Below, one piece after another: positions 1 to 13,331 of a stretch of 64,000 nt of DNA (its first letter is position 1; each line of letters opens with the position of its first letter). Made by a program: the position numbers and the translations under genes. Source of the stretch: Octopus sinensis (taxonomy: Eukaryota); the NCBI RefSeq assembly GCF_006345805.1, contig NW_021833224.1, positions 1 to 64,000 on the forward strand, given 5' to 3'. The notes under the pieces are model-generated. The model was not told where the DNA came from, searched no databases, and saw only the letters and a list, made by a program, of their open reading frames with translations.

Positions 1-1580
1 TCCCTTTTGTCCATAGCAGGCAAGATCCTGGCCCGGGTCCTGCTTGACCATCTGGAACACTTGGAGCAAGGCCTTCTCCCTGAGAGCCAGTGTGGCTTCC
101 GCGCGGGTCGAGGGACCACTGACATGATATTCGCCGCCCGCCAGCTCCAGGAGAAATGCATGGAGCAGCACCTTGACCTCTGCATGACCTTTGTTGACCT
201 CACCAAGGCCTTTGATACAGTCAGTCGGGAGGGACTATGGAAGGTCATGGGAAAATTTGGTTGCCCCAGCAAATTTATTGCAATTGTCCGCCAGCTCCAC
301 GACGGAATGACAGCCAGAGTCCTTGAAGACGGCAACTCATCTGAAGCCTTCCAGGTGACCAACGGAGTCAGGCAGGGCTGTGTCCTGGCCCCAACACTGT
401 TCAGCATCATGTTCTCGGCAATGCTGTCCGACGCCTTTAGGGACTGCAAGTCCGGTATCGACATCAAGTACAGGACAGACGGGAAACTTTTCAACTCCAG
501 AAGATTGCAGGCTGTCACAAAGGTGAGGGAGACAGTCGTCAGAGACTTTCTCTTTGCTGACGACTGCGCCCTTAATGCAATCGATGAGCAGGAGATGCAG
601 CTCGAGATGGACAGGTTCTCATCAGCCTGTGACAACTTCGGTCTCACCATCAGTGCCAAGAAAACCGAAGTGATGTTTCAGCCAGCCCCCGGCAAACAAT
701 ACCATAAGCCTCAGATAAGGGTGAACGGACGGATCCTACGAGTGGTGGAAAACTTCACCTACCTGGGCAGCACTCTCTCCTGCAATGCCAACATAGATGC
801 TGAAACCATCAACAGAATCTCCAAGGCAAGCAGCGCGTTTGGGAGACTGCGAAAGAAAGTCTGGGAGCGGAGAGGAATCAGCCTCAACACCAAGCTGAAA
901 GTCTACCGGGCAGTCGTGCTTACCACCCTACTATACGGCTGCGAGACGTGGACTGCTTACCGAAGGCACGAGCGCCAGATAAACCACTTCCATCTCAGGT
1001 GTCTTCGGAACCTCCTTCACATCCGCTGGCAGGACAAAGTCCCAGACACGGAAGTTCTGAAGCAGGCAGATCTCCCTAGCACCATCACAATCATGCGCAA
1101 GGCCCCAGCTGAGATGGGCGGGCGACGTCTCCCGTATGTCCGACACTCGCATCCCAAAACAGCTCTTCTACGGTGAACTCGGCCAGGGCAGGCGCAAAGT
1201 CGGAGGGCAGAAAGAAGCGCTACAAGGATAGTCTCAAGGTCTCTCTCAAAGACTTCTCCATCGGAACGAGACCTGGGAGACACTTGCTGCCAACCGCTCA
1301 TCCTGGCGCAGCGCAATCACCGTGGGAGCAGGGACAGCCGAGGAGGGATGGATTCGGTCAGCGGAGCAGAAACGTCAGATGCGTAAAGCCAGAGCCGCCT
1401 GCACCAGTAGCACGGCCCTACCCACTTCTGCCCCACCTGTGGGAGGGGCTTCCTTGCCCGGATTGGGCTCACCAGCCACCTCCCGTCTCATGGCGCCAGT
1501 TCCATCAGATGATGTCAGTTGGTCATCTTCGAACCGAAGGACGAACATTATTATTACTACTGCTGCTAGCTCAATATTTA
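1..1580 (+). mobile_element. RTE-clade (BovB-like) LINE, 3' half: RT domain, C-terminal C2H2-like finger, (ATT/ACT)n tail
   Basis: ORF 7..1176 has FVDLTKAFD, GVRQGCVLAPTLF, LFADD and YLGS. A frameshift near 1103 continues as QLRWAG...LFYGEL...[29 protein letters not shown] is readable near 1430-1490, followed by a short UTR and a trinucleotide tail. Confidence 0.95.
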
Positions 1581-2205
1581 CTGCTGCTACTACTACTACT
1601 GCTACAATTAGAAACATACAAGTTGACGATGACACCGAGATGTTTTTCCCCGTGTCTGAATTATACCGGTGGCAGCAATGAAAACCCTTTCTTTTTCTTT
1701 GTTGGGAGAAAAGAGAATTTAGAGTAAAAACAAACCCTCAGCCCTCCCTCCAGCGTATAAATTACTTTAAAAAGTAATATTTTAAAGGGAAAAACGTGAG
1801 GAAAAAAAAAACAAAAAATTAATTAACGATAGACAAAAATGTGCATTCTCGCACATAAACACATTATTCACACATATACAAACATACGCAGACGTAAATA
1901 TTGAAGTGACTAAATGGCACGTCAAATGATATTTAACCGTGTGGAACATGTTACATGCATATCAATATTCTAAAGTTGGACCTACTATTCCTTATCCTAA
2001 AGCTGCTTCAGACACTAGGAAGAGTTCCTGCCTCATTTCACACGTCTGCTTTCAATCTTGAATTGTGATTCGGTTCAGCCCAAACTCTCTCAGATTTTGT
2101 CTGCTGTTGCCTACTCCTACAAGGATTGCAGCTGATTTTGTTCCTGCTTTAAACTCAGATTTATCCTAGAGCCCATAGAAGATTGTTTTTGGCCAACCAT
2201 CTATC

Positions 2206-3385
2206 ATGTCAGCTACCTACAGATCGAAACTGAGATCTGCGAGAAGGGCTTCTCATCAGGATGATGGTCCTACCAACGGTCATCTCAACGAGCAGTTGCT
2301 GTTGCTCAAACAAGAGGTCGAGCACCTAAAGTCTGCTGTTGCTCATTTACTGAATAAACAGTATCCTATTGACGCAGAGCCAACCTTGATTTCTTCCCTG
2401 GAGACGTCCAAACCGAAGGGAACAAAATCGAAGCGGCCAAAGAAGGCGAAGGAACCGGCGGTCATTTCCGCACATGATCGTTCCTGTGCAGATTCTTCCT
2501 CATCTGCCTTTTCGGTCCCGGGGTTCCCCAACCTAATTTGAGGAGCGTAGACTCAAACCCACCTGAAGACCGTTGTTCTCCCAAAAGAAGAAACGTAGTC
2601 AGTCAAAACTCCAGTGGGGCAGATTTAGCTACGAAACCTCTCACAATAAAATCTGTTTGGATTCTCCCTCACTTGTCCTTCCCATTAATGCCATTGCTCA
2701 ACCAATTCTGAACGATCTTGATGTGAGTTCATCTGGGGAGTGGTGCTCCCCCAAACCGAAGAAGAGGCAGTGCAGTTCAAACCAGGCGGGAAAGTTATGA
2801 CCACTAACCCATTCCGATCGATCCCAAGGCCGACATTAGTCTGATGGCTATGAAACCACCCTTTCGAAATCATCCAACAAAGAATCGAATGCCGCAGCTC
2901 ATAGTAGAGAACAGAAACCATTTTGCCCACTCAAGATCAGCAATCATTTATGGTAAAGCTGAATCCACCTGTGATACAGGCATAAACCGCCTTAAAGAAG
3001 ACATAAAATTTTGTTTCCGTTTTAGTTGGAGAATTGTTCTCTGTCAACGAAAATGTCAGTATCCATAAGGTCGCTCGGCTAGGACGATTCCAAGCGAACT
3101 CAACCTCAGACAACTAGACCACGCCAATAAGAGTAATCTTTTCTTCCGATCAGGAGGCTTCAGCCTTTCTGAATAGAGCTCAGATGCATGCCTGGAGGAC
3201 CCCAATATGGGTTTTCGCGAGGAATACTCACTGAGAGAGAGAATTCGCCGGAGAAACCTAATATCCGAACTGAAGATGAGAAAACAGATAGGAGAGAAGG
3301 GTTTACGCGCATCCAAGATGGACAAATAATCAAGTCCTACCACCTCTCGTCGCATGCTGTAGTGCTGACAGGGAAAGTGAATTGA
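2206..3385 (+). pseudogene. CR1-type LINE ORF1, frameshifted
   Basis: Segments RSAIIYGKAES, ARLG..RPIRVIF and ELKMRKQIGEKG-RIQDGQIIK across shifted frames resemble CR1/L2-group ORF1 C-termini. Confidence 0.7.
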
Positions 3386-3479
3386 GGGCGAATTGAAGTA
3401 AAGTAGATACCCCCGTCAACGATGCTATCTCTGATACCCCCCTTATTCTGCTTGTTCCCCAATTCCCGCCCCCCAACAC

Positions 3480-6299
3480 TTCACAGCTCAACATCGTCTA
3501 TACCAACTCGTGCTCCTTATTTCCAAAGTTCAGCGAACTATTTACACTGGTCATGCGTGATTCCCCTGATGTGATAGCTATCACCGAGACTTGGCTGACT
3601 CCAGCAGTAAGGACTCAGAAATCCACTTACAGGGCTACGCCCTCTTCAGATGTGACAGAAAAAAGGCGAGAGTGGAGGTGTTGCTGTGTATGTTAAATCT
3701 GATCTCAAACCGTCCAGCGGTATTCTACCCACTAATGCTCAACCTACAACAAAATTCGATGCCGTCTATTGCAAGCTGAACCTATCCGGGTTTTGCCTGC
3801 CCGTGTTAGCTGTCTACAGGCCGCCTCTTGCCGACCCCCAGGACGATGCTCATTTACTCGAAGCGATAAGATTCGTTTCAGCTTCTCATGACTGTTTGAT
3901 ATTAGGAGACATCAACGCTCCCACGATCGATTGGCCCGCATCAATTTGTACATCATCTTCCCGGTTCGGCCAGGCCCTTCTTGACGTGGCTGAAGATTGT
4001 TTTCTATCGCAACATGTTGAATATCCGACAAGGCATCGGTCTGGGCAGCAGCCATCTATGCTGGATCTGGTATTCTCCAGCTATCCAAGATCAGTGTCAG
4101 ACGTATCTGTGTGCGCCCCTCTTGCCAAGAGTGATCATGCGGTCCTGAAGTTCGTCATGCACACAACTCTTTCTACGCCCCACGACTACTTCGCTGCCAC
4201 GTAGTGTCTTCTCTGCAATTAATCTTGAAATTCTAACCGAGGCTTCCGCGCTTCTGGACTGGCGATCCCTGATGACGTTGTCCTCAGTTGACGAACTATG
4301 GTCATCCCTCAAAGCATATGCAATCCGGTTGACTGACCAGGCAGTTCCCGTTGGGCTTCCCAAGAAAAAGAAGCACAAGCCCTGGGTGACGAAGAAGGTT
4401 AAACGAGAACTTCGACTCTGAGATATTGCTTGGGCGGAATTCAAAAATCTGATTCGACTGCAGCTTTTGAGGTGTACAAAACGCAACGAGACCGAGCCGT
4501 GAAAATTGAAAAGGAAGAACGCTTCAGATATGAATACAAAATCGCGGCAAACGCCAGTAGCAATCCAAAAACCTTCTTTGCCCACGTCCAACAGAATTCC
4601 CGCTTGAACAACCAAATTGCAACGTTGGTAGACTCAACAGGCGTATCGATTGAGGACCCTTATCAACAGAGTCAATTATTTGCCGAGGCTTTTTCAACTA
4701 TTTTCAAACAAGATGATGGTCGTGAACCCCCTCCATTTGATAGATCGGTACCTCCAATGCTTCGATTGGTCATCACGCGGGACGAAGTCGAACGCGTTAT
4801 TCAAGGCCTCGATGTCAACAAGGGTCACGGCCCTGATGGCATACACCCACGGGTTATCAAAGCGTTGGCTCCGGTCATCTGCGAGCCCTTAACACGTCTA
4901 TTCAATATGTCATTGGCGATGGGTGTTATACCTGCGGACTGGAGAACAGCGATAATCTGCCCAATTTTCAAGAAAGGGAGCCGCGAAGACCCGCTTAACT
5001 ACCGACCGGTTTCCCTTATCAATAATCAGCAAGATGTTCGAAACCATCCTTAAGAAAAGTATGATATTCCACCTCCAAAACACACCCTCTATCTCTGATT
5101 TCCAACACTGCTTCGTGCCGAAGAGATCATGCTTGAACAACTTACTGGTAATGGAAGAATTGGTGACGCGCATCCTCGATGATAGTGATGCTGTTGACAT
5201 CGTTTTATTGGACTTTCCCAAAGCTTTTGACTCGGTAAACCACCGCCTATTACTTGTCAAGCTTCAAGCATATAGTTTCCATCCGGATATTGTACGATGG
5301 GTTGGTGCCTTCCTCTCAGATCGCTCTTTCCAAGTCCAAGTTAATGGTTCGCGGTCCGACGTCTCCAGTGCAAGCTTTGGCGTGCCTCAAGGTTCAGTGC
5401 TTGGGCCCTTATTGTTCTTAGTCTTCATAAATGACTTGCCCGACGACCTCACGCAACACACCCTTCTATTTGCCGACGATGTCAAACTGGTCGCTCCTCG
5501 CGGTGATATAGAGGATCTTCGTCGATGCCTCCACCAAATTTGGAAATGGTCTAACGAATGGGACCTGTGTCTGAACGTATCAAAGTGCTGTCATCTGCCT
5601 GTTGGCTCTCCTCCTGCAACTTAACTTGATTTCGAGCCGTGTCGTCTGCTGCTGGAGAGGACCGACCAGGTAAAGGACCTGGGTATATTGGTGGATTCCT
5701 CCTTTTCGCCTTCGGCCCAGTGCGTCCATGCTGCCAACAAAGCACGCGGAATTCTATTCTTGATTCGACGGTCATTCGGAATGCTCACAGCAGCCATATT
5801 CCTACCGCTCTATGTCACGCTGGTGAGACCCATATTGGAGTACGGGATTCAAGCCTCTTCTCCTTATCTCCTCAAAGACATACAGCATCTCGAAAGAGTC
5901 CAGAAGCTGGCTACCCGCATGGTTCTTGGTCTCAAAAATTTGTCTTATGAAGAAAGGCTGAAGACGCTCGACCTTTATTCTCTAGAAAAACGACGACGCC
6001 GTGGAGATCTCATTCTTGCTCACAACATCATAAGCGGAAAGTGTAACCTCTCGAAAGAGCTGTTCTTCACTCCTGCTCCAGAGCGTCGGCTGCAGGGTCA
6101 TTCCGAAAAGCTCTATCAGCGACGATTTCATCTCAATCGAAGGAGAGGGGCATTCTCCGTCCGGGTTGCGGATCCGTGGAATAAGCTGCCAGAAAAGATG
6201 GATCCGTGGAATAAGCTGCCAGAAAAGATGGTGAAGATGCCGACGACCGCTCGGTTCAAAGTCTCCCTTGACCTCAAGTGGCCTGAACTCTTTACATGA
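3480..6299 (+). pseudogene. CR1-type LINE ORF2 (APE endonuclease + reverse transcriptase), several frameshifts/stops
   Basis: ORF track pieces 3591-3779, 3686-4204, 4430-5053, 5034-5624 and 5688-6299 join into a colinear APE-RT protein. Confidence 0.92.
6171..6230 (+). repeat. Exact 30-bp in-frame tandem duplication (DPWNKLPEKM x2) in the LINE C-terminus
   Basis: gatccgtggaataagctgccagaaaagatg at 6171-6200 and 6201-6230. Confidence 0.97.
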
Positions 6300-6607
6300 A
6301 CACCACCTTGTACATAACTCCATGTCCCCTACATGGCCTTGCTTTTTGCTTTTTGAGCCAAAAAATTAACTAACTAACTAATACAGAATATCATTTCAAA
6401 ATTGGTACAGTCAGTAAAAAAGAAGTAAAGAAGTAAAAAGTGTTCAGACTTGAGGGTGAACTATAGCTATGCTTTTTTCTATCTATTTATAGACAAGTAG
6501 ACAATGAATGATATTTTTAATGTTAATATACATTTTCACAATCCCTTCTATGAACTCTACCTAACTTAGTTTTCTACCAAATTATATGTAGTTAAGTTCA
6601 TTATATG

Positions 6608-6609
6608 AG

Positions 6610-6686
<77 letters not shown>
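6608..6686. repeat. (GT)n microsatellite
   Basis: Direct sequence. Confidence 0.98.
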
Positions 6687-6688
<2 letters not shown>

Positions 6689-6979
6689 CAGATGTATACA
6701 AAACAATTCAGAAGGATCTGAGTAAAGTAGTTTTGGGTTCATCATCATCATCATTTAACATCCATGTTCCATGCTGGCATGAGTTGGTCATGGTAATTAG
6801 ACAGAACATAAGAAGTAGAAAGGTTACATTCTCAGGTATAATGACTTAACAATAGATAATGCACATTTCTATGTATTAATCATTTCAAGCAGTTATATTT
6901 TATATATGTACAAGTGAATTAATCATATTAATAACATCTCTCCTTTTTGTGTTACTTCCCATATCTCTTTCCCAGTTTT

Positions 6980-7342
6980 CAGAGTTGGCACTATAAATGT
7001 AAGCACATTGAAAAGCAGGTGTAGCGGGATTGAAGAGATGCTTGAACAGGCAAAGAACATAGGTATAAACCCTTCTGGAAATGTAATAGTGACTGAATAA
7101 GGGATGTAGGTATACTTCTTGCAGAAACATAGGTGGATAAGGCCGTAGAGGTAGCGAGGGTGTGCGAGAAAATACTTAAACTCAGGCTAGTCTTGCAGAA
7201 TGGTATAGCTACAATTATCTCCGCCTACCCCCACAAGCGGGCCTACCAAATGAACAGAATTATCTCTTTTATGATATTCTTCTGCATGCTACCTCAAAGA
7301 CGAATGATAATGATCTCATCTTTGTAGCTGGAGATTTTAATG
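6980..7342 (+). mobile_element. RTE-type APE endonuclease fragment
   Basis: FRVGTINVSTL..., VGILLAE, KLRLVL...IISAY and IFVAGDFN readable across frames. Confidence 0.8.
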
Positions 7343-7800
7343 TTAACGGTTCCTCATGAAGATAATATGGACGCCGCACGGGCTCGAAAATTTAACCGTT
7401 ATGTAAACCTCCTCGAGGAATGTGAAGACGCAGGCTGGAAAGCGGAACATTTTCCAATCGAAGTCGGATGTAGAGGGTTCGTTAGACACAGTGTGAGACG
7501 ACTCTTGTTATCGCTAGGCCTAACTCATCGTAAAGTCAATACCACCATGACTGATATCCAATCTACAGTGGAGAAGGCTAGCCACTGGATTTGGTTAAAA
7601 AGAGACGATGAGCGATGGCTAGAAGGATATTGAGCTTAATTTGATAACCAGCTGATCTAGCAAGCTGTGAGTGGGGGGGGGGGCGCATTGATTCCGTCGA
7701 GAAGTAGTCCCCGAAACGGCGTGCATTCTCTCCTGATGACCCCCCACACTTGCTGGCTTCCGGTATACGGAGCTTTTGACTGGTAGCACTTGCATGTGCA
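7343..7800 (+). mobile_element. HERO/NeSL-type RLE LINE 3' end
   Basis: LTVPHEDN...RKFNRY...FPIEVGCRGF...ASHWIWLKR is the C-terminal restriction-like endonuclease pattern of this group. A GC-rich 3' UTR follows. Confidence 0.8.
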
Positions 7801-7842
7801 AGTTGTTTGCAAGACATGTGTGGGTGATTATCACTGTTTGCA

Positions 7843-7931
7843 TATGTGTATGTATGTATGTATGTATGTATGTATGCATGCATGTATGTATTATGTATGT
7901 ATGTATGTATGTATGTATGTATGTATGTATG
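7843..7931. repeat. (TATG)n microsatellite
   Basis: Direct sequence. Confidence 0.97.
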
Positions 7932-8400
7932 AAAATTATTTTGAGATTTTGAAAAAGAACGTCTGAATCATATTTTGTTTAAATGTAGAAACAGAATGAA
8001 TTTCGAAAAAGTTCAAAAGTGAAGATTTTGTGGTGTAGTTGGATGAAAAGTTAATAAAAACAATATTGTTTTTAAAATATCGGAATAGAGTGTCGAAACT
8101 ACAGGGAGAAACTATAAATTATAGATTTTTAAATGGAATTGATTAACATTCCTAAGAGTTCACAGATAACGAAACAGGTGTTACATCATTTCTGCAAAAG
8201 TTCGAAAGCATTTGATCAGGGATCAGAAAATTAGCCAAAGGTTTGAGGATAAACAAAATAATCATAAAACAGATACATACCATTGTCAACTTCGAGTCAG
8301 ATTATGTAAGCCAAACTGTTCAATGCAGCTACTTGTATCATAATGTTGCGTGCGGTCTAAACCTGACACCCACACATTCAATAGTAAAGCGCATTGAAGT
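7932..8400 (+). repeat. Diverged non-coding duplication, copy 1 (paralog 13390-14230)
   Basis: Colinear shared blocks gaatttcgaaaaa.ttcaaaagt, aatatcggaataga, ttatagatttttaaatggaatt, tttgat.agggatcaga. Confidence 0.8.
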
Positions 8401-8618
8401 ATAAAAGAGGTCATACTGATTTTAAAGAAAAGACGATAAGCTTACACTGAAAGACAAATCTATTTATCAGGAGGCCGTCACTGCTGCAATTTGCCACTCC
8501 TATATAAAGATCATACGATGCATTCTAATCGTGACAAAACTTAATAATACACTAAATGACACTTAAAATAGGCGTCCTTCCAGATTTTATGAAACTTTTT
8601 AGAAAATTTGTATACATA

Positions 8619-8992
8619 GGCGCAGGAGTGGCTGTGTGGTAAGTAGCTTGCTAACCAACCACACGGTTGCGGGTTCAGTCCCACTGCGTGGCATCTTGGG
8701 CAAGTGTCTTCTGCTATAGCCCCGGGCCGACCAATGCCTTGTGAGTGGATTTGGTAGACGGAAACTGAAAGAAGCCTGTCGTATATATGTATATATATGT
8801 ATATGTGTGTGTGTTTGTGTGTCTGTGTTTGTCCCCCTAGCATTGCTTGACAACTGATGCTGGTGTGTTTACGTCCCCGTCACTTAGCGGTTCGGCAAAA
8901 AGAGACCGATAGAATAAGTACTAAAAGGTGGTGCTCCAGCATGGCCGCAGTCAAATGACTGAAACAAGTAAAAGAGTAAAAGAGAAAAAGAG
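8619..8992 (+). mobile_element. tRNA-derived SINE family A with internal (TA)/(TG) tract
   Basis: Head ggcgcaggagtggctgtgtggtaag...gggttcagtccc (A/B-box-like) and tail ...gactgaaacaagtaaaagag. Nine related copies lie in the window. Confidence 0.92.
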
Positions 8993-9309
8993 TATACGTA
9001 ATCCAATACGTAATCCAATATACGTAATCCAGTATACATTCATGTAGACATCCATCCGTACATCCATCCATTCATCCGTTCATATATACATACATACATA
9101 TATACATATATACATACATACACACATACATACATATATACATGCATACACACATACATAAACACATGCTTATATACATAGATGCATAAATTTATGGATA
9201 CATATGCATATATATAAATACATGAATGCATACGTATATATATATATATACATACGTACATGCTTATATACATACAAACATGCATACATACAGACATACA
9301 TACATAATC

Positions 9310-10262
9310 TTTTAACCACCAAATGTCTAAGTGCATCTCTTGACCAGGTTTGCATATATGAGGCTAAGATCATAAGACTTGGAAAGCGGCTCCTTGAGCA
9401 GCATTTCTTGTCTGATAAGCTTAAATACATGTCAAAAAAGCCGCACGACTCTACCACGGTATGTCATCAGATGAAAGGATGAGCGCATATCAGCAGAAGC
9501 CCATGCATGTATATGTGAGTAGGAAGCACCGAGATAATAGTAACATTTGTCATTAAAGCAGTCTATTATAGACCAACAACCAGATTCCTACTTCCCACCT
9601 TGACTTGAAGGGTAGCCGGTTGCAATCCAGGGATATGAAATATCAACCAAATATACGATGCACAAAAGAAGAGAGATACATAAAAAGCAGTAATATATGA
9701 CAACCTATACAGTTGTTCGAAAATGTCGTCACAGTATTAGCTACCGATGAGATATGATGTAGTAGCTAGGACATTGTATATAACGAGTTCCGTCGGAAGC
9801 ATAAACCCGAGAACAAAGAAGAACCCACGGTATGGTAGACTCCATATCCACTTATAATAAAAAGGAGTACTGGTAAAATGCTCCACTGGAAACCTCAATA
9901 AATTATAAACATATTATACCTGGTATAATCATTTGGGATAGAGAAGAGAGACTGTGTATATTTGTGGAAATCAACTCCCCAGCAGATATTAACATAAAGC
10001 CGAAGAGAAGCGAAAGAGAAAATACGCTGAAAAATAAAATACCTACGCAAAATCTGCAGTTACTCTAACCAGATTACAAGTTCATGTTTATACCTGTAAT
10101 TATTAGGGCACTGGAATATGTAACACAATGCTTAATTACCAATCTTGAGTAATTGGACTTCTCAAACTCAGAAAGAAGAAAGCTAATTCGAAGACTACAG
10201 ATCCAAGCAATCAATGGAACTCTAAATATCTTATACAATTTTCCAGAGGCTTATCATTTAAG
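9310..10262 (+). mobile_element. Degraded R4/Dong-type RLE LINE 3' fragment
   Basis: Remnants KPMH, PGIIIWDREERLCIFVEI and YKFMFIPVII.AL (PD-(D/E)xK endonuclease region). Confidence 0.7.
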
Positions 10263-10369
10263 TATATATGAGTATGTCTAGATATGCAAGTATATGCATT
10301 GGAATACATACATAAAACGAAACATACAAATTTGCACATACACAAATATTTGATTTATATTTTTGAAAT

Positions 10370-10700
10370 TCAAATGAAGAAGAATTGGTTCTGGATTAGA
10401 AACCGGCTCCTCTATTGTCAAGAAAGCTTGAAATAAAACTGAATAAAACTGAATAAAACTGAATCTGACATACATACATAAATGCTTGCATACATACATA
10501 AATAGATATATATGCATACACACATGCTTGCATACATACATACATACACAAAAACACAAATCAGTACGTATACATATATACATACACACAAAAATATCCT
10601 GTTGTTGATGCTAAAATTACAATGAAGGAGCCTTGGATTTTTGTTAGGAAACCGGCCCTTTCTCTTTTGGCAAGAAATCTTGAAATAAAACTGAATAAGG
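10370..10700 (+). repeat. Two copies of a short element end with (AATAAAACTG)n tail (10370-10465, 10600-10700)
   Basis: Shared tag(g)aaaccggc..ct..tt.gcaagaaa.cttgaaataaaactgaat. Confidence 0.75.
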
Positions 10701-10714
10701 AAATACGTACATTC

Positions 10715-11220
10715 TCAAAGGCTACAGAGCTGCAGTTTGGCCAGGATAAATGTTGCTACATGGTTGTGAAATGAGGGAAACTGTAAGCAAGACTAGCAAA
10801 ATCTCCAACACTGACTTAACTGTTTCCTCTATATCTGATGAGGGATGTTACAGGCACCAAGGAGTGGAAGAGAACATATCATACAATGACACATGTAACA
10901 ACAAATCATGTGTCATTAAAGAATGTTATAGTCGAATAAAGAACATTTGGACCCAGAACTCTGCATTCAGAAAAAAAAACAGTGACTCACAATGTATTTG
11001 CTGTGCCAATACTCATACCAACATTTAGGCTGGTTGATTGGATGCTCGATGAGATCCGAACTATTGATGTGAAAACCCCAAACATGCTAACCAGCAGACA
11101 CAAGTTCCACATCAACAGTGACGTACAACGCCAATACCTAAAACGAAAACAAGGCAGCAGAGGTTTAATATCAATCCAGACTGCCTTTAAATGTCGTATC
11201 CCTTCGGCAACATTATTTAA
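10715..11220 (+). mobile_element. R4/Dong-type RT C-terminal fragment
   Basis: FGQDKC, NVFAVPILIPTF..DW, YLKRKQGSRGLISI. Confidence 0.75.
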
Positions 11221-11496
11221 GTGCCAAGTGTCGACGTGCATCCTCTGAGTCATCAAAGGAGTACTTTGATGATACTTTTGAGCAGCTGCTAATCTTACGA
11301 ACGAAATGTTGCACAGAAACACGGCATAATAAACAATTTCTTGCAGCTTCAATAGATCACTATCTCTTTTGTTTGTTAGGTATTTCATCGCAATTTCATT
11401 TTCTTGGATTGCAAACGCATAGTCGTTGTATTGTGATGTGTTGTAGTGGTCAAGATTGCAACAGATGTTTCATGTCCATAGGATTGTCTTCCTTCA

Positions 11497-11572
11497 GACG
11501 GCGAGCTGGCAGAATCGTTAGCACTTCGAGCAAAATGCTTAACGGTATTTCGTCCGTGTCTACGCTCTGAGT
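11497..11572 (+). mobile_element. SINE family B head fragment
   Basis: acggcgagctggcagaatcgttagc...gtatttcgtc matches the reverse complement of 41090-41170. Confidence 0.8.
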
Positions 11573-12023
11573 AGAAAATCCTCTGATGTCGACTTTACCA
11601 TTCATGGCTTCATAAAATAAATACCAGTTTAGAATGTTTTTTTATTAAGTCTAGCTGGTTTGTTTCGTTGTTTTTATTAGAGATACCTCCCAATCCAGAC
11701 AATACGAACACTCTCACTACAAATCCCTATAATTAAAATACCGTTAATTATCTTTCTCACTGCTGCTCATCTCAGTCATCCTCGACAAGATCGACAGCGA
11801 TAAAATGTGCTTTTGGACCACATCTTAATAATGTGCTTATGAGTGTATGTGTGTGTGTGTGTGTGTGTGTATGCTTGTATGCATGTATGTGGTTATGAGT
11901 GCATGTATTTATGTATGGATGTAATTATGTGTCTGTATACATGTACGTCTTTCTTTTTCTCTTTTTAAATTAGAGTAATTTAGGCCTGAACAACTACATT
12001 TTTTTCTTTATTGCACTTGAGCC

Positions 12024-12097
12024 TAAACAAGGACTGGCAAAGGGTTAGAGTCGATTACATCAACCCCAGTGCGTAACTGGTACTTATTTAATCGACT
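12024..12097 (-). mobile_element. SINE family B internal fragment
   Basis: gtcgattacatc.accccagtgcgtaactggtactta matches 41000-41045. Confidence 0.75.
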
Positions 12098-12530
12098 TAT
12101 TCCTCCTTCAAGTGTTTTATGCTATCCTCCGTCCTCGACCTGACCTTCCATCCCTGATATGGATATTGCTACGAGTTTAATGCTCCTTCAAAATCAAGGA
12201 GTGATTGCAAAACAATGAACTACTGATGATTATATTGTAGCTGTACTTGCTGCATTATTGTTCAAGCGTTTGTTAATTAACAGAAATGTCACTGGAGTGT
12301 CAAGTTTCCGAAAAATTGTATTTGTGCATTGCGTCTCTGACAGTTTTATTCTGCAAATTATGCTTGCTGTAATTTTTAATTGATACTTTTTCTACCTTAA
12401 TTTGAATTATCCTAGTCTTGAGTAATTGCGATGTAACCAAAGAACACATTGTAATTTAAACTTCTCCAGGAATATTAATTTAAGCAAAAGGATAGATAAA
12501 AGCAAAAGTTTGCAATTCATTGCACTCCTC

Positions 12531-12631
<101 letters not shown>

Positions 12632-13258
12632 AGAGTAAACAATAGCTTTAATGATTTTTAAAAAAACCAACAATTATTTACTGGTAGATTTTGGCATGTA
12701 AATATAACCATTAACGGTGGGAACTTCTATAAAAGTTCAATATATATTTTGTATATAAATAAAAAAAGGCAGGCAACATGTTGCTCAGCCACATACCGAA
12801 AAAATTAGAAATAGCAGTCAAAGACTGTTTATTTCTATTTTCTACAAATAAGACTCCACATACGACATTTTTTGTACACACAATTTTTTGCACATGATGA
12901 AGGGTTTGCCAATTGTTGATGTAGCTCCCAAAAAATATATTTGAGCTTCATGTTACCCATATATTCATTAGTGAAATATTTCAGTATGTTGGGACTGATA
13001 AAGTAGCATGAAGTATCATGAAAGCCTAACTACTCTGTGCCTTCTGCGTGCTGAAAGCAGCCCTCTAAAATGGCATGGCATTGCTTCTCATATTTATAAT
13101 ACTGCCACCTGGCGTGTGTGTTTGTGTGTGTGGTTGGCGCATCTGTACAATGCTGTCGTGTTTGGCACCGATTTTGGAATACTGTTAAATAAATAATTCA
13201 AGTATTTTAAATGTAGTATGCGAACAAATTGTTTTTTGTCACAATTCACAACATCGAA

Positions 13259-13272
13259 ACACACACACACAC

Positions 13273-13328
<56 letters not shown>
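13259..13328. repeat. (CA)n microsatellite
   Basis: Direct sequence. Confidence 0.98.

Positions 13329-13331
<3 letters not shown>

Larger units (their letters stand above)
1990..6380 (+). mobile_element. Near full-length CR1-type LINE (ORF1 + APE/RT ORF2, (TAAC)n tail)
   Basis: ORF1 pieces, APE motifs (AITETWL, LGDINAP, LDLVF, SDHAV), RT motifs (LDFPKAFDSV, GVPQGSVLGPLLF, FADDVKL), CR1-type C-terminus (LEYG...LERVQ...RRRRGDLI), tail taactaactaactaa at ~6366-6380. The 5' boundary is approximate. Confidence 0.92.

Noticed and set aside
1-6380. GC-rich start as bacterial contamination
   Set aside because: It encodes eukaryotic LINE APE/RT and is contiguous with host-type repeats.
9310-11220. 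Two R4/Dong fragments in reversed order as a circular permutation
   Set aside because: They are separated by unrelated repeats and too degraded to show common origin; independent insertions suffice.
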